A stretch of 62,574 nt of DNA, filler included, from Sphacelaria rigidula (lineage: Eukaryota), in NCBI GenBank assembly GCA_964200075.2. It is 9 parts of 9 records of this genome, joined end to end, with 100 filler letters (N's around TTAATTAATTAA, not from the genome) between each part and the next. Parts side by side here need not be neighbours in the genome. Positions count along the whole stretch, not along the records: positions 1 to 6,864 come from CAXNAA020017697.1; positions 6,965 to 13,828 come from CAXNAA020017698.1; 7 more parts are not named here. One strand, written 5' to 3'. The position numbers and the translations under genes are program-made. Positions 1-11,589 of the stretch are shown one piece after another (the first letter of the stretch is position 1; every line of letters starts with the position of its first letter). The notes below the pieces were generated by a model, which saw only the letters and a list, made by a program, of their open reading frames with translations, was not told where the DNA came from and searched no databases.

Positions 1-793
1 TTGTGTGTATGTTGCCGTCCGCCCCGCTCGCCCCCTCCCCCCTATTCGAACACGCTTTGTTTCCTTTGCTCCCCCCCCCCCCCCCCCCCCGCGCGCTCCT
101 CGCCGTATGTTCATATTATGCATCGGGTCTTGGCGCCTCAACTTTATCGAGTTCCATTAGGGAAACTTTTGAGGTGTACGGAAAAAACAAGTCGATGTAT
201 GTCTCGAGGGTGGCAGAAAGTGTGTTCACCGCTGCGGAGATGGTGGATTTAGCTTAACAACGGCACAAGAGCAAAGCAGCTGGTGTTGCAAGGTGAAGGT
301 CATAGTATCGAGTTTGTATTGCACATCACTTTCACCGACGTCGGCTTCTTGTTGGCGACCAGGCTACAGTAGCTTAAGCACCACCAGTACGCATACAAAT
401 TAACAAATCTGACGAGAGTCGATGTGGTGCGGGCGTATTGATCATATCCGCGATAGCAAAATATCAGGCAAGGACCAGGAGAGAGATAAGTAAATCTCTT
501 GAGGATGGGTGACGATTTCTTTCGTGATGTTTTGTCTTTCACTTCTCCAAAAAATAAAATTCAACCATCCATCCTCAAACACTCTTTAATTAATTAATTA
601 ATTGCATTGAGTCTCCATGACGAAAAATATAACACTGATTATTATAATATTCTATCATCATTATTCCGCACAGTAGCCTGACATCTCGCCTTTTCAGTAG
701 GATCATTACAATTCCTTACACGAGATAAAAGCTCTCATTGAACGTTTTCTCCCGAGACTCCAAATAACGAAAACAAGATGAAAACAAATAAAA

Positions 794-867
794 GGGGGGG
801 GCGTACTCATTTGTTGCTTGCCTTAGTCGTTTGACCATTGACCACGCATCCCTTTCGAGACGGAGCA
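794..867 (-). repeat. 5'-truncated LINE 3' end (type A) with C8 tail
   Basis: The reverse complement reads TGCTCCGTCTCGAAAGGGATGCGTGGTCAATGGTCAAACGACTAAGGCAAGCAACAAATGAGTACGCCCCCCCC, matching the end of the LINE at 16021-16106. Confidence 0.85.
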
Positions 868-2108
868 ATAAAAGGGGGAGGCGTCAAAAAGAGTAAAGTC
901 CGTGTAAACTGGGGGTGGGTGAGGACATTTATTCTTCAAGAAAAACACCCGCCATGATTGGGCGTGTTCAGTCAAATGTGAGAAGTCGACACATACGCCG
1001 ACCCAGGATGTGGGGTTTGGGACCAGTCCGAGCGTTTGCGTGATAGCTGTCGGTAGTCTTTTGCCAATTTGGATTTGAAGAGGCACATGATGCTTGGCGA
1101 CCTCATCACCACAACACCAATGGCTGTAACGCATATCCACCGCGTAGTCGGTAGTCCGTGTACTGTATGCTAGAGGTGGGTACATTTTGATCGGTCTTTG
1201 AATCTCTTTGTAGGTGTGTACAAACCATCGCCAACACCGGAAGCATTCCTTGCCGGCGTTTCGAAATCGTGCAATCTTAAAACGGGACACCACAGGAAGG
1301 TATGTGGAATACGAAATCAACAGCCGTACAGATACTGCAGCAGGCCGTTCGATTTCCCGTGAGCTGCATGGAACTTTGACCAGCTTCACGTGAAACAAAC
1401 GCTTCTTCCGCGGAGCAAAAATATTCGCTCGACTGACCCAAATTTGGCTGCAGAGTAACTATATATCCACAACGAACGATTGCGACCGCATCCATGTTTC
1501 CAGCTGTCGATACAGAGCGGTGCTACGGCAAGGAGGAACAAATATTTTCCGAGGTGTAAATTTTTAAAAACTCTCATCTCATCCAGAAAACGAGTTGTGA
1601 ACTATGTGAGCACGCCACGATTAGCATTCCAATGGGCCAGGGATACCCTGAATTAACTTGACAACGGAAATGCCCGGATCCACATTCTCATGTGCCTACT
1701 AACTTTAGGAGCCCCTGAATGAGAAAGATCTGGGTCAGACGTGCAGCCCGTGCCGTGGCATGACTATATTCGACAAAACCATTAGCTGGTGAGGTGCAAC
1801 ACTCGACTCTGCAATATACAACACATTCTACGCCGCCTTCCAGAACGGCGAATAATAACATAGAACAATGTAAACTAGCGTCCTCTAGTTGGTGAACCTG
1901 GGTCGAAACCTTATGAAACAAAAGCGGAAATATCCGCTTCAAAGGTCCTCGGCCTCTTGCGCTTTCAAGCGTGAATCCTACCACCGCGTGCGGCCGAAAC
2001 CTGTCGTACTTACAGTGGTTGCGAGTGGCACAATATTGACACGACGACACGCTCTTTGTATCTGGCAAGCACAAAACGTCGTACAATGTAAGGCAGTTTT
2101 GTGTGCCT

Positions 2109-3906
2109 TTATTGGGTTCGTGCTGTGTTCTGAAGTGCGGCGGCCAGCTGAGTCTGCAAGTCATCTCTATCAGCCTCCAGCTCTACCCTCGCCATTTTCT
2201 CCTCCGCTAGTTCCTGCTCCATTCTATCCAGGGCGCGCCCCCTTTCCGACATCTGAAATTTTTCGACGTCAGCCAGCTTATCCTCCAAGGCTGCGAGAGT
2301 TCGCTTAAAGGAGTCGCGCTCCGCTCGCAGTGATTCTACCTGCCGACACCGACGGAAATTGTCCACAGAAACGGAGAGGCAAACGTTGAAATACCACGAG
2401 AGTGCGTTGAGAATAAGCTGCGGCCTACCTGGTGGGCATACCCTGGTGGGGAGTTGAGGAACACACCAAAAACTGATCACGAGAATGACTGAGACAGTTC
2501 ATGGGCATTTCAGTGTCCACCAGGTATGACTTCCAAACGAAACACAGCACTGCACTGTCGGTGGGTGGGTGCGCACGTGCATGAACCTTGAACCATACAC
2601 ATTATGCTTCATGATTGTACAGGTGGTCACCTTGCGTGCAGCCTCGGCCATCCGTCGCTTAAGTACGCTGTACTTTTCACGCAACGCGGCAAGATCCGAC
2701 TTCGCCGCCTCCGCGCGTGCCGTATCCGCCTGGGATTCTACTTCCAGATCGGCCGTTCGTTGTCGGGCCTTCTCTAAACCTCCTTCCAAAGTCGAGCGCT
2801 GGTTGGCAAGACTTCTAGACATTTCCTCCGCCTTTTGCTTGGCATTCTCGACCTCTCGCAGCCTGGTTTGCAGGGCTAGGCGAGTTGATTCGGCCTGGGT
2901 CAGTTGGTTTCGTAATTGTTTGATCGAAGCTGCTGATGACTCCTTCTCCCGCGCTAGCTGAGCCTATTCACGGGAGTTTTCGGAGGTGTGTGCACGACGT
3001 GGGCATGAACACGAGCAGTATATCATGGCGCCGTGAACAACAATACCCAGAAGCTGCCTGTCCAGCGAAACGATGCCCGAACAGAATCAGTGCTGGGCTT
3101 ACATGAAACAAAATCATCGCAAGAGGGCGTGATGGATCTGATGGCTCTCTTTTTCTTTATCCCGTCCTCTCGTTGATGGTCCATCGGACTCGAGTAATCC
3201 TGTGAACGATTGCTGGGTTGTGTCTTGTATATGCAAACGTGGGGGAATCGATCATTAGACCAAAATTTCCACTGCTGTTGTCTGTTACGGTCGGCAAGAA
3301 GCGAAGTTTCCCTGCAGCGTATTGTGAAACCTGAAACCTGCAGTAGTGTGTGCGGCGAACGTCGGTGCGCTTTGTGTTGGATGAGCTGTGCTTGTACTCA
3401 ATTGTACAGTACTCACTCCTGATGCCGGCAATCTACGCACAGTACTGCATTGCACGTTGCAATGGAGCAGACGCCACAGGAAGAGGTGCACACGGTACGA
3501 GTAGCAACGGATATCAAAAGCTTGAGCTTACCACCAAGCTATATACGTTTTCAGTATTGATAATGCAACGACAACATTGGATAAAGGGCGAGATGTTTCA
3601 TGTTTCACGAGAACGCTTGACGTCTTCGGCTCAACCAGCTGTGCTGGGCTTCAAGGACGACAAATTCAAATTTGACCAGAACAAAATCCAACATCTACCT
3701 GAGACACAGTACACACAGTACAGCACGTTACCAACTCGTTTACCAACCTTCAATCGAACGATTTCAGTACTGAACGAAATGCTATCTTCCTGCAGCTTGA
3801 GCAGCTCCTCCCCCTTCTCCAACAACGCGGCGTCAAGTTTAGCATTCGTGCTCGCTAGGCGACCCAACTGGGCCTCGAGGTGTCTCACTTCGGAACACAA
3901 TTTCGC
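2109..3906 (-). CDS. 3' part of a spliced coiled-coil protein gene; exons 3748-3906 (may extend to ~3997), 2631-2963 and 2109-2339 (terminal)
   Basis: All three exons are phase 0 with AG/GT borders (159, 333 and 231 nt). They join into a continuous E/K/R/L/A-rich heptad-like sequence (AKLCSEVRHLEAQL.., AQLAREKESSAASIKQLRNQL.., VESLRAERDSFKRTLAALEDKL..) ending in TAA at 2109-2111. Confidence 0.75.
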
Positions 3907-4529
3907 CTGAGCTGCAATGCCAATTTCTTCTCGTCGACCTCGAGACCAGGCCTCCACCTCTACCTCTCCCGCCGCATCAAACTCAGCACAGGCCCCCCTG
4001 ATTGCAAGACGCCACTGACACCAGTAAGCGAGTTCATGAACGTTCGAAAGAAGCACATCAGCGTTGCGGTTTCGGCCGAACGTTTTTGATCTTGGACGTG
4101 CTCGCTTAGTACAGTTGTGCCGTTGACTAGCCCTTGTTATGTCATGGCGTTGTTGTGCCATGACTATCTCCTGCCAAGTGCGGCAGAGTTTACTGCAGAA
4201 GAATAAGGTTTAGATGAATAACTTGCTGAGATCTCGAATTTTTTGGATCTCTGCTGTTGTTGGTGCACCATAGCGCGGAAGTATGATGACTCTTGCTCTT
4301 GAAGTCCTGTTTATGCCGAATGGTGACACTTTCATCAGTACCCAGGTTGACCTGATCTGACCCACGGTCTTTAACTGCATTCCACACTGCAAGTACACCC
4401 AGACGGACTTTTTTCATCAGCGGCTAATTATTACGTGCCCTTGCTCTCCATCACAATCAGTACACTCAACACTCGTTTTATCTCTGCTCAGTGTACCACG
4501 AGAGTGTTACCGCATCACCCCGGTGGTCA

Positions 4530-4820
4530 GATATTCGCACGTCGGACAACTCATGATTTACTTCACGTCGGGCAAATAATAATTTAACTCAGTTATATTA
4601 TGCTGTACAATTCACCCGACTAGAATGTGCACTGCTGACTTATCTTCTTCTGTAACTCACCCAGCCAGAATATGCACCGCTGAGTTATATCTTCTGGAAC
4701 TCACACCTGATGGACCAGAATATGCACCGCTGAGTCATGTCGCTATAACTTACAGGTGGGTTATGGGGGTAAGAGTTAACTTGAGTTAACCTGAGCTGAG
4801 TTGTTCGACTTGTGAAACGA
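4530..4820. repeat. Small non-coding element with imperfect inverted ends and three internal ~47-50 bp tandem units
   Basis: TTCGCACGTCGGACAACTCA (~4533) pairs imperfectly with TGAGTTGTTCGACTTGTGAA (~4797). AGAAT(A/G)TGCAC(C/T)GCTGA recurs at ~4622, ~4667 and ~4717. Confidence 0.5.
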
Positions 4821-6411
4821 TATAACTAGAGCTAATAAAATAAAATTGTACCCCGGAGTATAATATAACGTGAATACCCGCCGAAACCTTTCCTAAATCT
4901 ACCAATTACCCCGTCTCACTGCGCCTTTCCCCTTTGGCGTGTCGTGTTTTGCGGTTGCTTGTTTTTAGCGCTTCGTTGTGATGGTGAGCTTGTGGTCGCA
5001 GTTGTACTTTTTGAGTGCTTGCTTGGTTTTCCGAGTCGATTGGAGGAGGTGTGCTTCACTGCGTACCCCTTGCCAGTCCTCTCGTTATACCATCACTCGC
5101 GGTGTCGTCATGGTTTTCATAGTAGTAGTGTTATATGCTGTGATCATGATTTTTTCGTCGTTCGTTCTACTTGTTTTATGGAGTGGAGCCGCAGTCTCTT
5201 GATCGAAAATGCAACCACCCGATCTCCTATCATCATCATGCTCGTATAATACGTAACGACGTACTTTTATCTCTCCTCCCTTTTTCTTCACGTTTCTTTA
5301 GCTTGCGAGCGGGGAAAACAATCGGCAGACGCTACCTCTCTCGTGTCGGATTTCTGCCCTCGACACCTGCTTTTTCTTGGGCTTCATTTTTCCAGTTTCG
5401 CGCTCTGTGACTTACCGTTTTTTTTATTCATCTTCGTCTGTCTGTTTCGTCTTTTTGTACCTTGCTAGGTGATGAGGTTGCGAATACCTAGCGTCGTCTG
5501 TCGAGAGAAACATATCAGACACGGAGGCCCATTAACACCCCCCCTCCCGGAGAGTAATTCTTCGAAAATTTGAATGATTTTTTTTGTGATTTTTTGTAGA
5601 AACTGTTGGAAGAAATTGAGCAACACTGACAAAAACCGAAATTCTGGCGGGCTTTACGAGGTTCGCATATTTGTATTTGCTTCTGCTCCTTTTCCGCCCT
5701 GTCCCGATGACCTCGGATGCCGGCAACGCTCACCCACATCTGTGTACAATACACAAGCGCAGGGTAGCGACAGCCCGTAGGCAAAGTAGGAAGATTATTT
5801 CTCTCCCCGCCAAATTTACCCGGACTACTAGTAGTGGTGGGTAGTCAAGGCACACGACACGGAACATGGTCCCATAAATGTAATCATGGTGGGTGCCGAT
5901 GATGAGCCTGAAGGGGCAATGTGTCCGTCATCTCAGCGGTTTGCATGCCAAGAATCTCTGTACGCAGCAGCAGCAGCTGGCCGCATCCGCCAACGCCTCG
6001 GCAATACACATGGGGACAGCAGGCTGGGTGCCCCCCCGCGCAAAATTTCATTGTTTTCCATCTTGGGGCTTGCGTGTCCCAAACTACATTTTTGACAGAC
6101 CTTCACGAATACGGAAATATTCCCTCGATCAGGCGAATTCGCAGCGCAAACCTAAAAGGCTATGACACAGAAATTGGAACGACTTCTTGGTGCAGAAAAG
6201 TCTGATTTCCGCGGTTGGCAAGTGTCGAGTTCACCGGGCGAGAACGGGTTGGCTCTTCTTGAAACCAAACTCGTGGAGTCTCCGTGGGAGGAAGGAGTTG
6301 AAGGTGTCAACAACAAATCGGGGAGGTCAGTCTTGACCGCACAGGAGGCGATTTGATACTGTCAAGAAAGGAAAAGGGATGCAGCACTCTCTTATGTTCA
6401 CCGGTGTTGAC

Positions 6412-6765
6412 TGTGTGTGTGTGGTCGTCCCATGTATTTTGGGCGCCAGTCTACCCCTTCCGGCATATATGGGCGCATCGACCGGGGTCACAGGGGGACG
6501 ATCAACACAGGAGCTTTTACTTCAATTGTTTTCAGTACCCCAGCTTCATTTTGCGATGCTCGCCTTTTCATTCTTCATCCCGAGAGGGGTCCAGCAGTCC
6601 CTTTCCCTCGTCGACCATCAAGTCGAATTACATGTACCCACGACACGGTTGCTCTGCTCTGTCGGGAATGGTGGAAGACAAAATCTCATATCGCTCCAGG
6701 AATAGGACCCCACAAGTCAACCGTCAGAAGGTTACGAGTTCGTCAACTGAGCCACCGGGGCGACC
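6412..6765 (-). mobile_element. tRNA-derived SINE, ~350 bp, copy 1
   Basis: The sense strand starts GGTCGCCCCGGTGGCTCAGTT (tRNA-like head with A box) and ends GGGACGACCACACACA. It is collinear with the copies at 36751-37100 and 37950-38308. Confidence 0.85.
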
Positions 6766-6777
6766 CGCAGTGACTGC

Positions 6778-6849
6778 TAAAAACAGCCATTCATGTTGAG
6801 GATGGTGCTTTTGATTGAGGATGAGAACCCGGAGGATTAAAATCTTCGT
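6778..6849. repeat. Dispersed repeat shared by the ends of contigs 1 and 9
   Basis: ATGTTGAGGAT(G/C)GTGCTTTTGATTGAGGATGAGAACCCGGAGGATTAAAATCTTCGT is near-identical to 62518-62574. Confidence 0.85.
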
Positions 6850-6864
6850 ATCCACACTATATCT

Positions 6865-6964
6865 NNNNNNNNNNNNNNNNNNNNNNNNNNNNNNNNNNNN
6901 NNNNNNNNTTAATTAATTAANNNNNNNNNNNNNNNNNNNNNNNNNNNNNNNNNNNNNNNNNNNN
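6865..6964. other. Artificial contig linker (N44-TTAATTAATTAA-N44)
   Basis: The same 100-nt spacer with stops in all six frames recurs at 13829-13928, 20793-20892, 27757-27856, 34721-34820, 41685-41784, 48649-48748 and 55612-55711. The intervening contigs are 6864 or 6863 bp, as expected of a size-sorted concatenation. Confidence 0.98.
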
Positions 6965-8168
6965 CGTTGCGGCCGTCGTACGCCTGTTGTTTGTGTGTTC
7001 CGTACCCACCCCGCCCATCCCCCCCGCGGGGGGGGGGGGGGGGGGGGGGGGGGCGTGAAATATCTCCGCGCGTTTCTCACGTGCCAGGGATAGCGTATCG
7101 CACCTGTCTCTTCGCCGATAACTCATCGTCTGGGGAGTCATTCAACAGATGTGATACGCCGGGCGATTTTATGTCAAAACCTCGAGAAAATAAAACGAAT
7201 CGATCAACCGGACTAGTCTGGCAATCAATCGGAAGCTGGGCCCAGTTGCCACTTCATCACACCGTCGCTTCCTTGTTTTCGACAACACGGTATTAACCCT
7301 CTTGGAACTCGCAAAAAAACAGTACAAGCTCCCATATGCGAGCTGTCATCACCGGGAATACGCAACTTCGAGTTTGGTCCACGAATCTATCGCATTAGTA
7401 TCCACTTGAACTTCGAGCGGTGCACCGTATTCAGGAGCTGCATCATCAATACTGGCAGAAAAACAACCACATCTTGCCCGAGAAAACGTCAATTGTAAAT
7501 CGTAATTTTTCCATCAACGGTTCCAAAAGGGTTTCAATAACAATGACAGAATGTCGATTGTCAGACGAGCCGGGCGAGTCAACGCCAGGCAGTCGGCATG
7601 ATCTGCCATTTTCGTAGACGGGACACCCGCAAGAAGGGCGCGGGAAGGGGGGGGGGGTAATGGGAGAAAAATAACCGAGTGTGTTCGCCCATTCCACTCG
7701 CTGACATACAGGCAGTTTTTCATCTCTGCGCTTCGACAATCAACGTCACCTCAACAAGTCATCCCCGCGCCCGAATGAAACGGCGTTGTATTTACGAGGA
7801 GCAGCGGGTGAGGGACGGCGGCAGTGGGGGAGCATGAGCAACACCAACCATCCCGCAAAACGTATTCCCTCCAGCAGATACCGGAGGGAAGACTCGCGAT
7901 CATCGCAGCAATGACGATACTTCATCACACTCGAGCTCGTGACGAGAGGTTATACTGTGATCGTACGTCACGCGACAGTAGCAGAGGCACCAGTAGTAGC
8001 TTCATCGCAGTTACACGCCCCCACAGCGGTATTTTCCGTTACAGCTGGCCGAATACGCAAGCAACCAAAGTGAAGGCAACAAAAAAAGCTTGACAAAGAG
8101 ACGCCACTGTCGACCCGCGCTACTTCAATTCATGTCGCGCTACCAAAAACTCATGGATAACAAATTTT

Positions 8169-8925
8169 TCACGATGTGATGTCCGTGACGCGCAACATTG
8201 ATATGTCTCTCCGGTGTCCTTTCGTTGTCTTGGAGCCCTTCCGACGACGCTTCTTGAACACAAGTATCTTGTATATGGGAAAATGTTCCGAGTGCGCCAC
8301 GCCCCCCACCCCCAACGGGAGAAGAAAAATTGGAGTATGGCGTTGAAGTAAGTCACCAAGTAGGCGAACACGACACCAGCGCACGGCACACAAAGTATCG
8401 GGAGAGAGGAGGGGAAAACAGCGGTTGATGTAAGACGAATAGTTTTGCGAGCTCCTTCGGGGCAGGGGCCGAGACATGACAACCTTGTCCGCGAAGTTTC
8501 TAGGATCCAAATTGTAAGGCCATCCGTAGCTCGACATCAAGTGAACACACGATGGTATGGGGCACACGCACTCAAAAGGACGTCGGCAGTCAAAGCGTTG
8601 ATGACAACGGTAGGAACCCGACAAGCGATATCCGTACCGTCCCTGCGCTTTCTTCACAGAGCAACGACGTCGCACGAACAAGCAAAAGCACGCGCACGCT
8701 ACTCTTCCGTTTGAGTTAGATGGGACTCAGCCATACACACACGCACACCTTTTTATCCTTCGTCTGCTGCTCCACGAACAATTTCACCACAGCCCCTGGC
8801 ACAAGCGGCCTGCCGATTTTGGTATACTCGGGAGTACCCACCAACAGCACCTCGTCCATCTCTAAAGTCGTACCTACCTCCGCCTCCCTAACCTTATCCG
8901 TAATGATCAAGTCATCTTTCGTAAC
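8169..8925 (-). CDS. RPL21: Nuclear-encoded organellar (probably mitochondrial) ribosomal protein bL21; last two exons 8749-8925 and 8169-8267
   Basis: The 177-nt exon (CAG|..|GT) encodes VTKDDLIITDKVREAEVGTTLEMDEVLLVGTPEYTKIGRPLVPGAVVKLFVEQQTKDKK. The 99-nt exon encodes ILVFKKRRRKGSKTTKGHRRDISMLRVTDITS*. These contain the typical bL21 motifs IGxPxV and VFKKxRRK..GHR. The upstream exon was not located. Confidence 0.9.
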
Positions 8926-9559
8926 CTGTGTTATAAGGGGGGGCAGGGTTGGAAGAAGTGAGGTGGGTAAAGAGGAGAAGAGGGAATTTTTTAATCGGTC
9001 TGCGGCAACGGTGTATGCAATCACAGGGCAATGCATTGGTAACCGTTTTCAGTCTTCATCTTTTTCAGTAGCGTTGTTATCGTTCCACTGTAGAACTGTT
9101 TACCATGTGGCTTGCTGAATTTATTGCCGCAGATCTCCAAATAAAATTGCCACGCATGTTGTATTTCGCACGAAAACATGGCTGAATAGGTCAGTGTACA
9201 GCGTTTTGTATTCCTGCATAACCCCTAAAAGGCTGCGGTAAGATCCCCCGTAAATTCCAAAACTCAGCTGCCTCACTGGTGTCCCTTCAATTACGATCTT
9301 GACTCGCGGCCATGTCGCGCCAGAATCTCGAAAACAGTGTACATCCTTGATCCGACCACAGGAACATTCGTTCAAGCCGTGAACCACATACATTTTCAAC
9401 TGGCAGTGTAACGACTTGGGTTTGAATTCGCCCCTCCGAAACATACCTCATGCGCATTTTGTCAAAATTTCGTGGGAAAACGCTTGAAAATGAACAGCAT
9501 GACCGCGTTTTATTTTTTTGTGGCTGGTCCATCTCCACCTAGGAACCGGATTTCGACAC

Positions 9560-9855
9560 GAACACGCGGTTTAACAGCTCAATTTCGAGTCGTTTTTCTA
9601 TGAAATTTTGGAACCATGTACAGGATGTATGTGCAAAGACTCCGCCTCCTGCCCCCTACATTTCTTTTCTCCGGGAGTTATCGGCGACCAAATATTTCAG
9701 AACAGTTTATTTCGGAATAAAATCGCGAATAACTCTCGAACAAAACAAGAAAAAATGTAGGGGGCAGAAGATGGAGTCTTCGTACATACGTCCTGTACAT
9801 CGTGTCAAAAATTCAAAGAAAACGACTCAAAATTGAGCTGTTAAATCGTGTGTTC
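9560..9855. mobile_element. Foldback MITE with ~110-bp imperfect terminal inverted repeats
   Basis: The left arm (GAACACGCGGTTTAACAGCTCAATTTCGAGTCGTTTT..TGTACAGGATGTATG..GACTCC..TGCCCCCTACATTT, 9560-9670) matches the reverse complement of 9746-9855 along its length. Confidence 0.85.
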
Positions 9856-9883
9856 ACATCCCTGTCCGCGTCGTGACCGCCGA

Positions 9884-10030
9884 ACCTGTAGGGATGCGAC
9901 GTCAATGGTCGTATGACTACGGCATGCAAGATCACGAGTACCTCCCCGCCCCCCTGCTCCGTCTCGGAAGGGATGCGTGGTCAACGGTCAGACTAAGGCA
10001 AGCAACAAATGAGGACATCCTCCCTCCCCC
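9884..10030 (+). repeat. Head-to-tail pair of C-tailed retroelement 3' ends (type B 9884-9954, type A 9955-10030)
   Basis: GTAGGGATGCGACGTCAATGG..GAGTACCTCCCCGCCCCCC is followed directly by TGCTCCGTCTCGGAAGGGATGCG..GCAACAAATGAGGACATCCTCCCTCCCCC. Confidence 0.85.
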
Positions 10031-11589
10031 GGCCTCTCCCGTGCGTTTTGGGCTTTGAGATTTTTATAGGGATGCCGAAACTGAAAGACGTGCTGACCGT
10101 CGTCTCAGACGGTACCTTTTTATTAGTACAACAGTAACACAGGGTATCTGCGCGGTCAACACACATACACATGTTGCTCAACAGCTGAACGGCGTGGTGT
10201 ATTCAGTTGGAGTATAGGTGCTGTCGGTGGCGCGTGCGTATGTGGTTGGGTGGTGTTCCATTTTGCGCCCGAGGATATGCGGAAACTTCCCCTTCAAACT
10301 CCCACAGCCATTCGAGCAGGAGGGACACAAGTAATTGACAACCCACAAGCACTGCGCATGAAACTGCAGAGGTGAGCCAATCCTCGTCACAAAACTCTCC
10401 TGCCTAAGCGGGAGCTCGTGGCGTTGCGGGTCAGGGAAGGGCTGGCAACACGTTACTCCAGGGGAGAAAATGCCCTACAATCCGGCTGGCGAAACAATGA
10501 CATACCGCGGGAACTCCACTGGTACAACTCGTCCCTCAGAGTTTGTTTCAAGCGTTAACCCGGCGTACTAGTGGTCATCTATGCACGCACTATTGCCATC
10601 CTCCACAAACTGGCGGAACTGTTATCGAGTCAATGTTACGCTGGGCATATCTTTTACAGTCCTCTAAACGCCTTCACCAAAAACAAGTATCCCGATTTCG
10701 CAAGGACGGTTGGCATATGCGGTGCATGCAGCGGTGGCCCAGACAGTATCGCCCAGGCGAACGGAGCATGCGCGTGGAGGATCAAGGTATGTTGATATAA
10801 AGATAGGCAATTCCTCTCGCAGATTGCAATGGAAGCGGTGCTTTATGCAAGGAGTTTTAGCAGAATCCGTGCGGCCTATGGTGAACACCACCCTCCCCTG
10901 TGAAACCTGATCTCCGGTGTTGTGGGAGAGCACCGCGCTCGCGTCACACCACCGATAGAGACACAGAGGACGATTTGACCACCTACACAAAGCAACAGTT
11001 CAATTGCAGAAGGATTTACTGAAATCTATCCATATCGCAGATGAAACGAGTTGACTAAGTTTCAAAAAGTTTGAATTTTGCTCGGCGCCAGCACATGGGT
11101 GCTGCAGAGAACCCCCTTTCCGTTGTACAAGCTGCCCTTCCCAGTAGAGTACAGCCCCGCGCAGTACAGTACAATACACCCCAGCGCAGCACAGAACAAC
11201 ACAACTCCATGCAGCGAAGTGCAGTGCAGCACAGAGTATTGTAAAGTCCGTGTAGTGTTATGCTCGGGTATGAACTGTGCCGGCTAGAAGAAGAAATACA
11301 GTACTAATATACTGCAGTGCGTAGATGGCGGTCGTGACCATGCCATCAAGATTTATCACGTGCGACATGCCGCCGGGGGTAATGTGTAATTCGGCGGGTT
11401 GTGTCCTCGATGGAGAAAGGTGTCACACACACCTGGTGCCTTTTTAGGCGCAACGATCGCATGTTGGGAACTTGCACCCGGGTCCTAACGACCACCGACG
11501 TGGAGCGAGATCAATTTACTGTAGTTACATATATTTCGAGTTGTGAAGTTGGACGATACAACAGAACGATACGATGATCGGATGCGGCG

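Noticed and set aside
585-603. TTAATTAATTAATTAATT identical to the linker core
   Set aside because: No flanking Ns; probably a natural (TTAA)n simple repeat with no further evidence of function.
4615-4760. Three spaced repeats AGAATATGCACCGCTGA, superficially CRISPR-like
   Set aside because: The intervening sequences resemble each other (a tandem unit), there are only three copies, there are no cas genes, and the context is eukaryotic.
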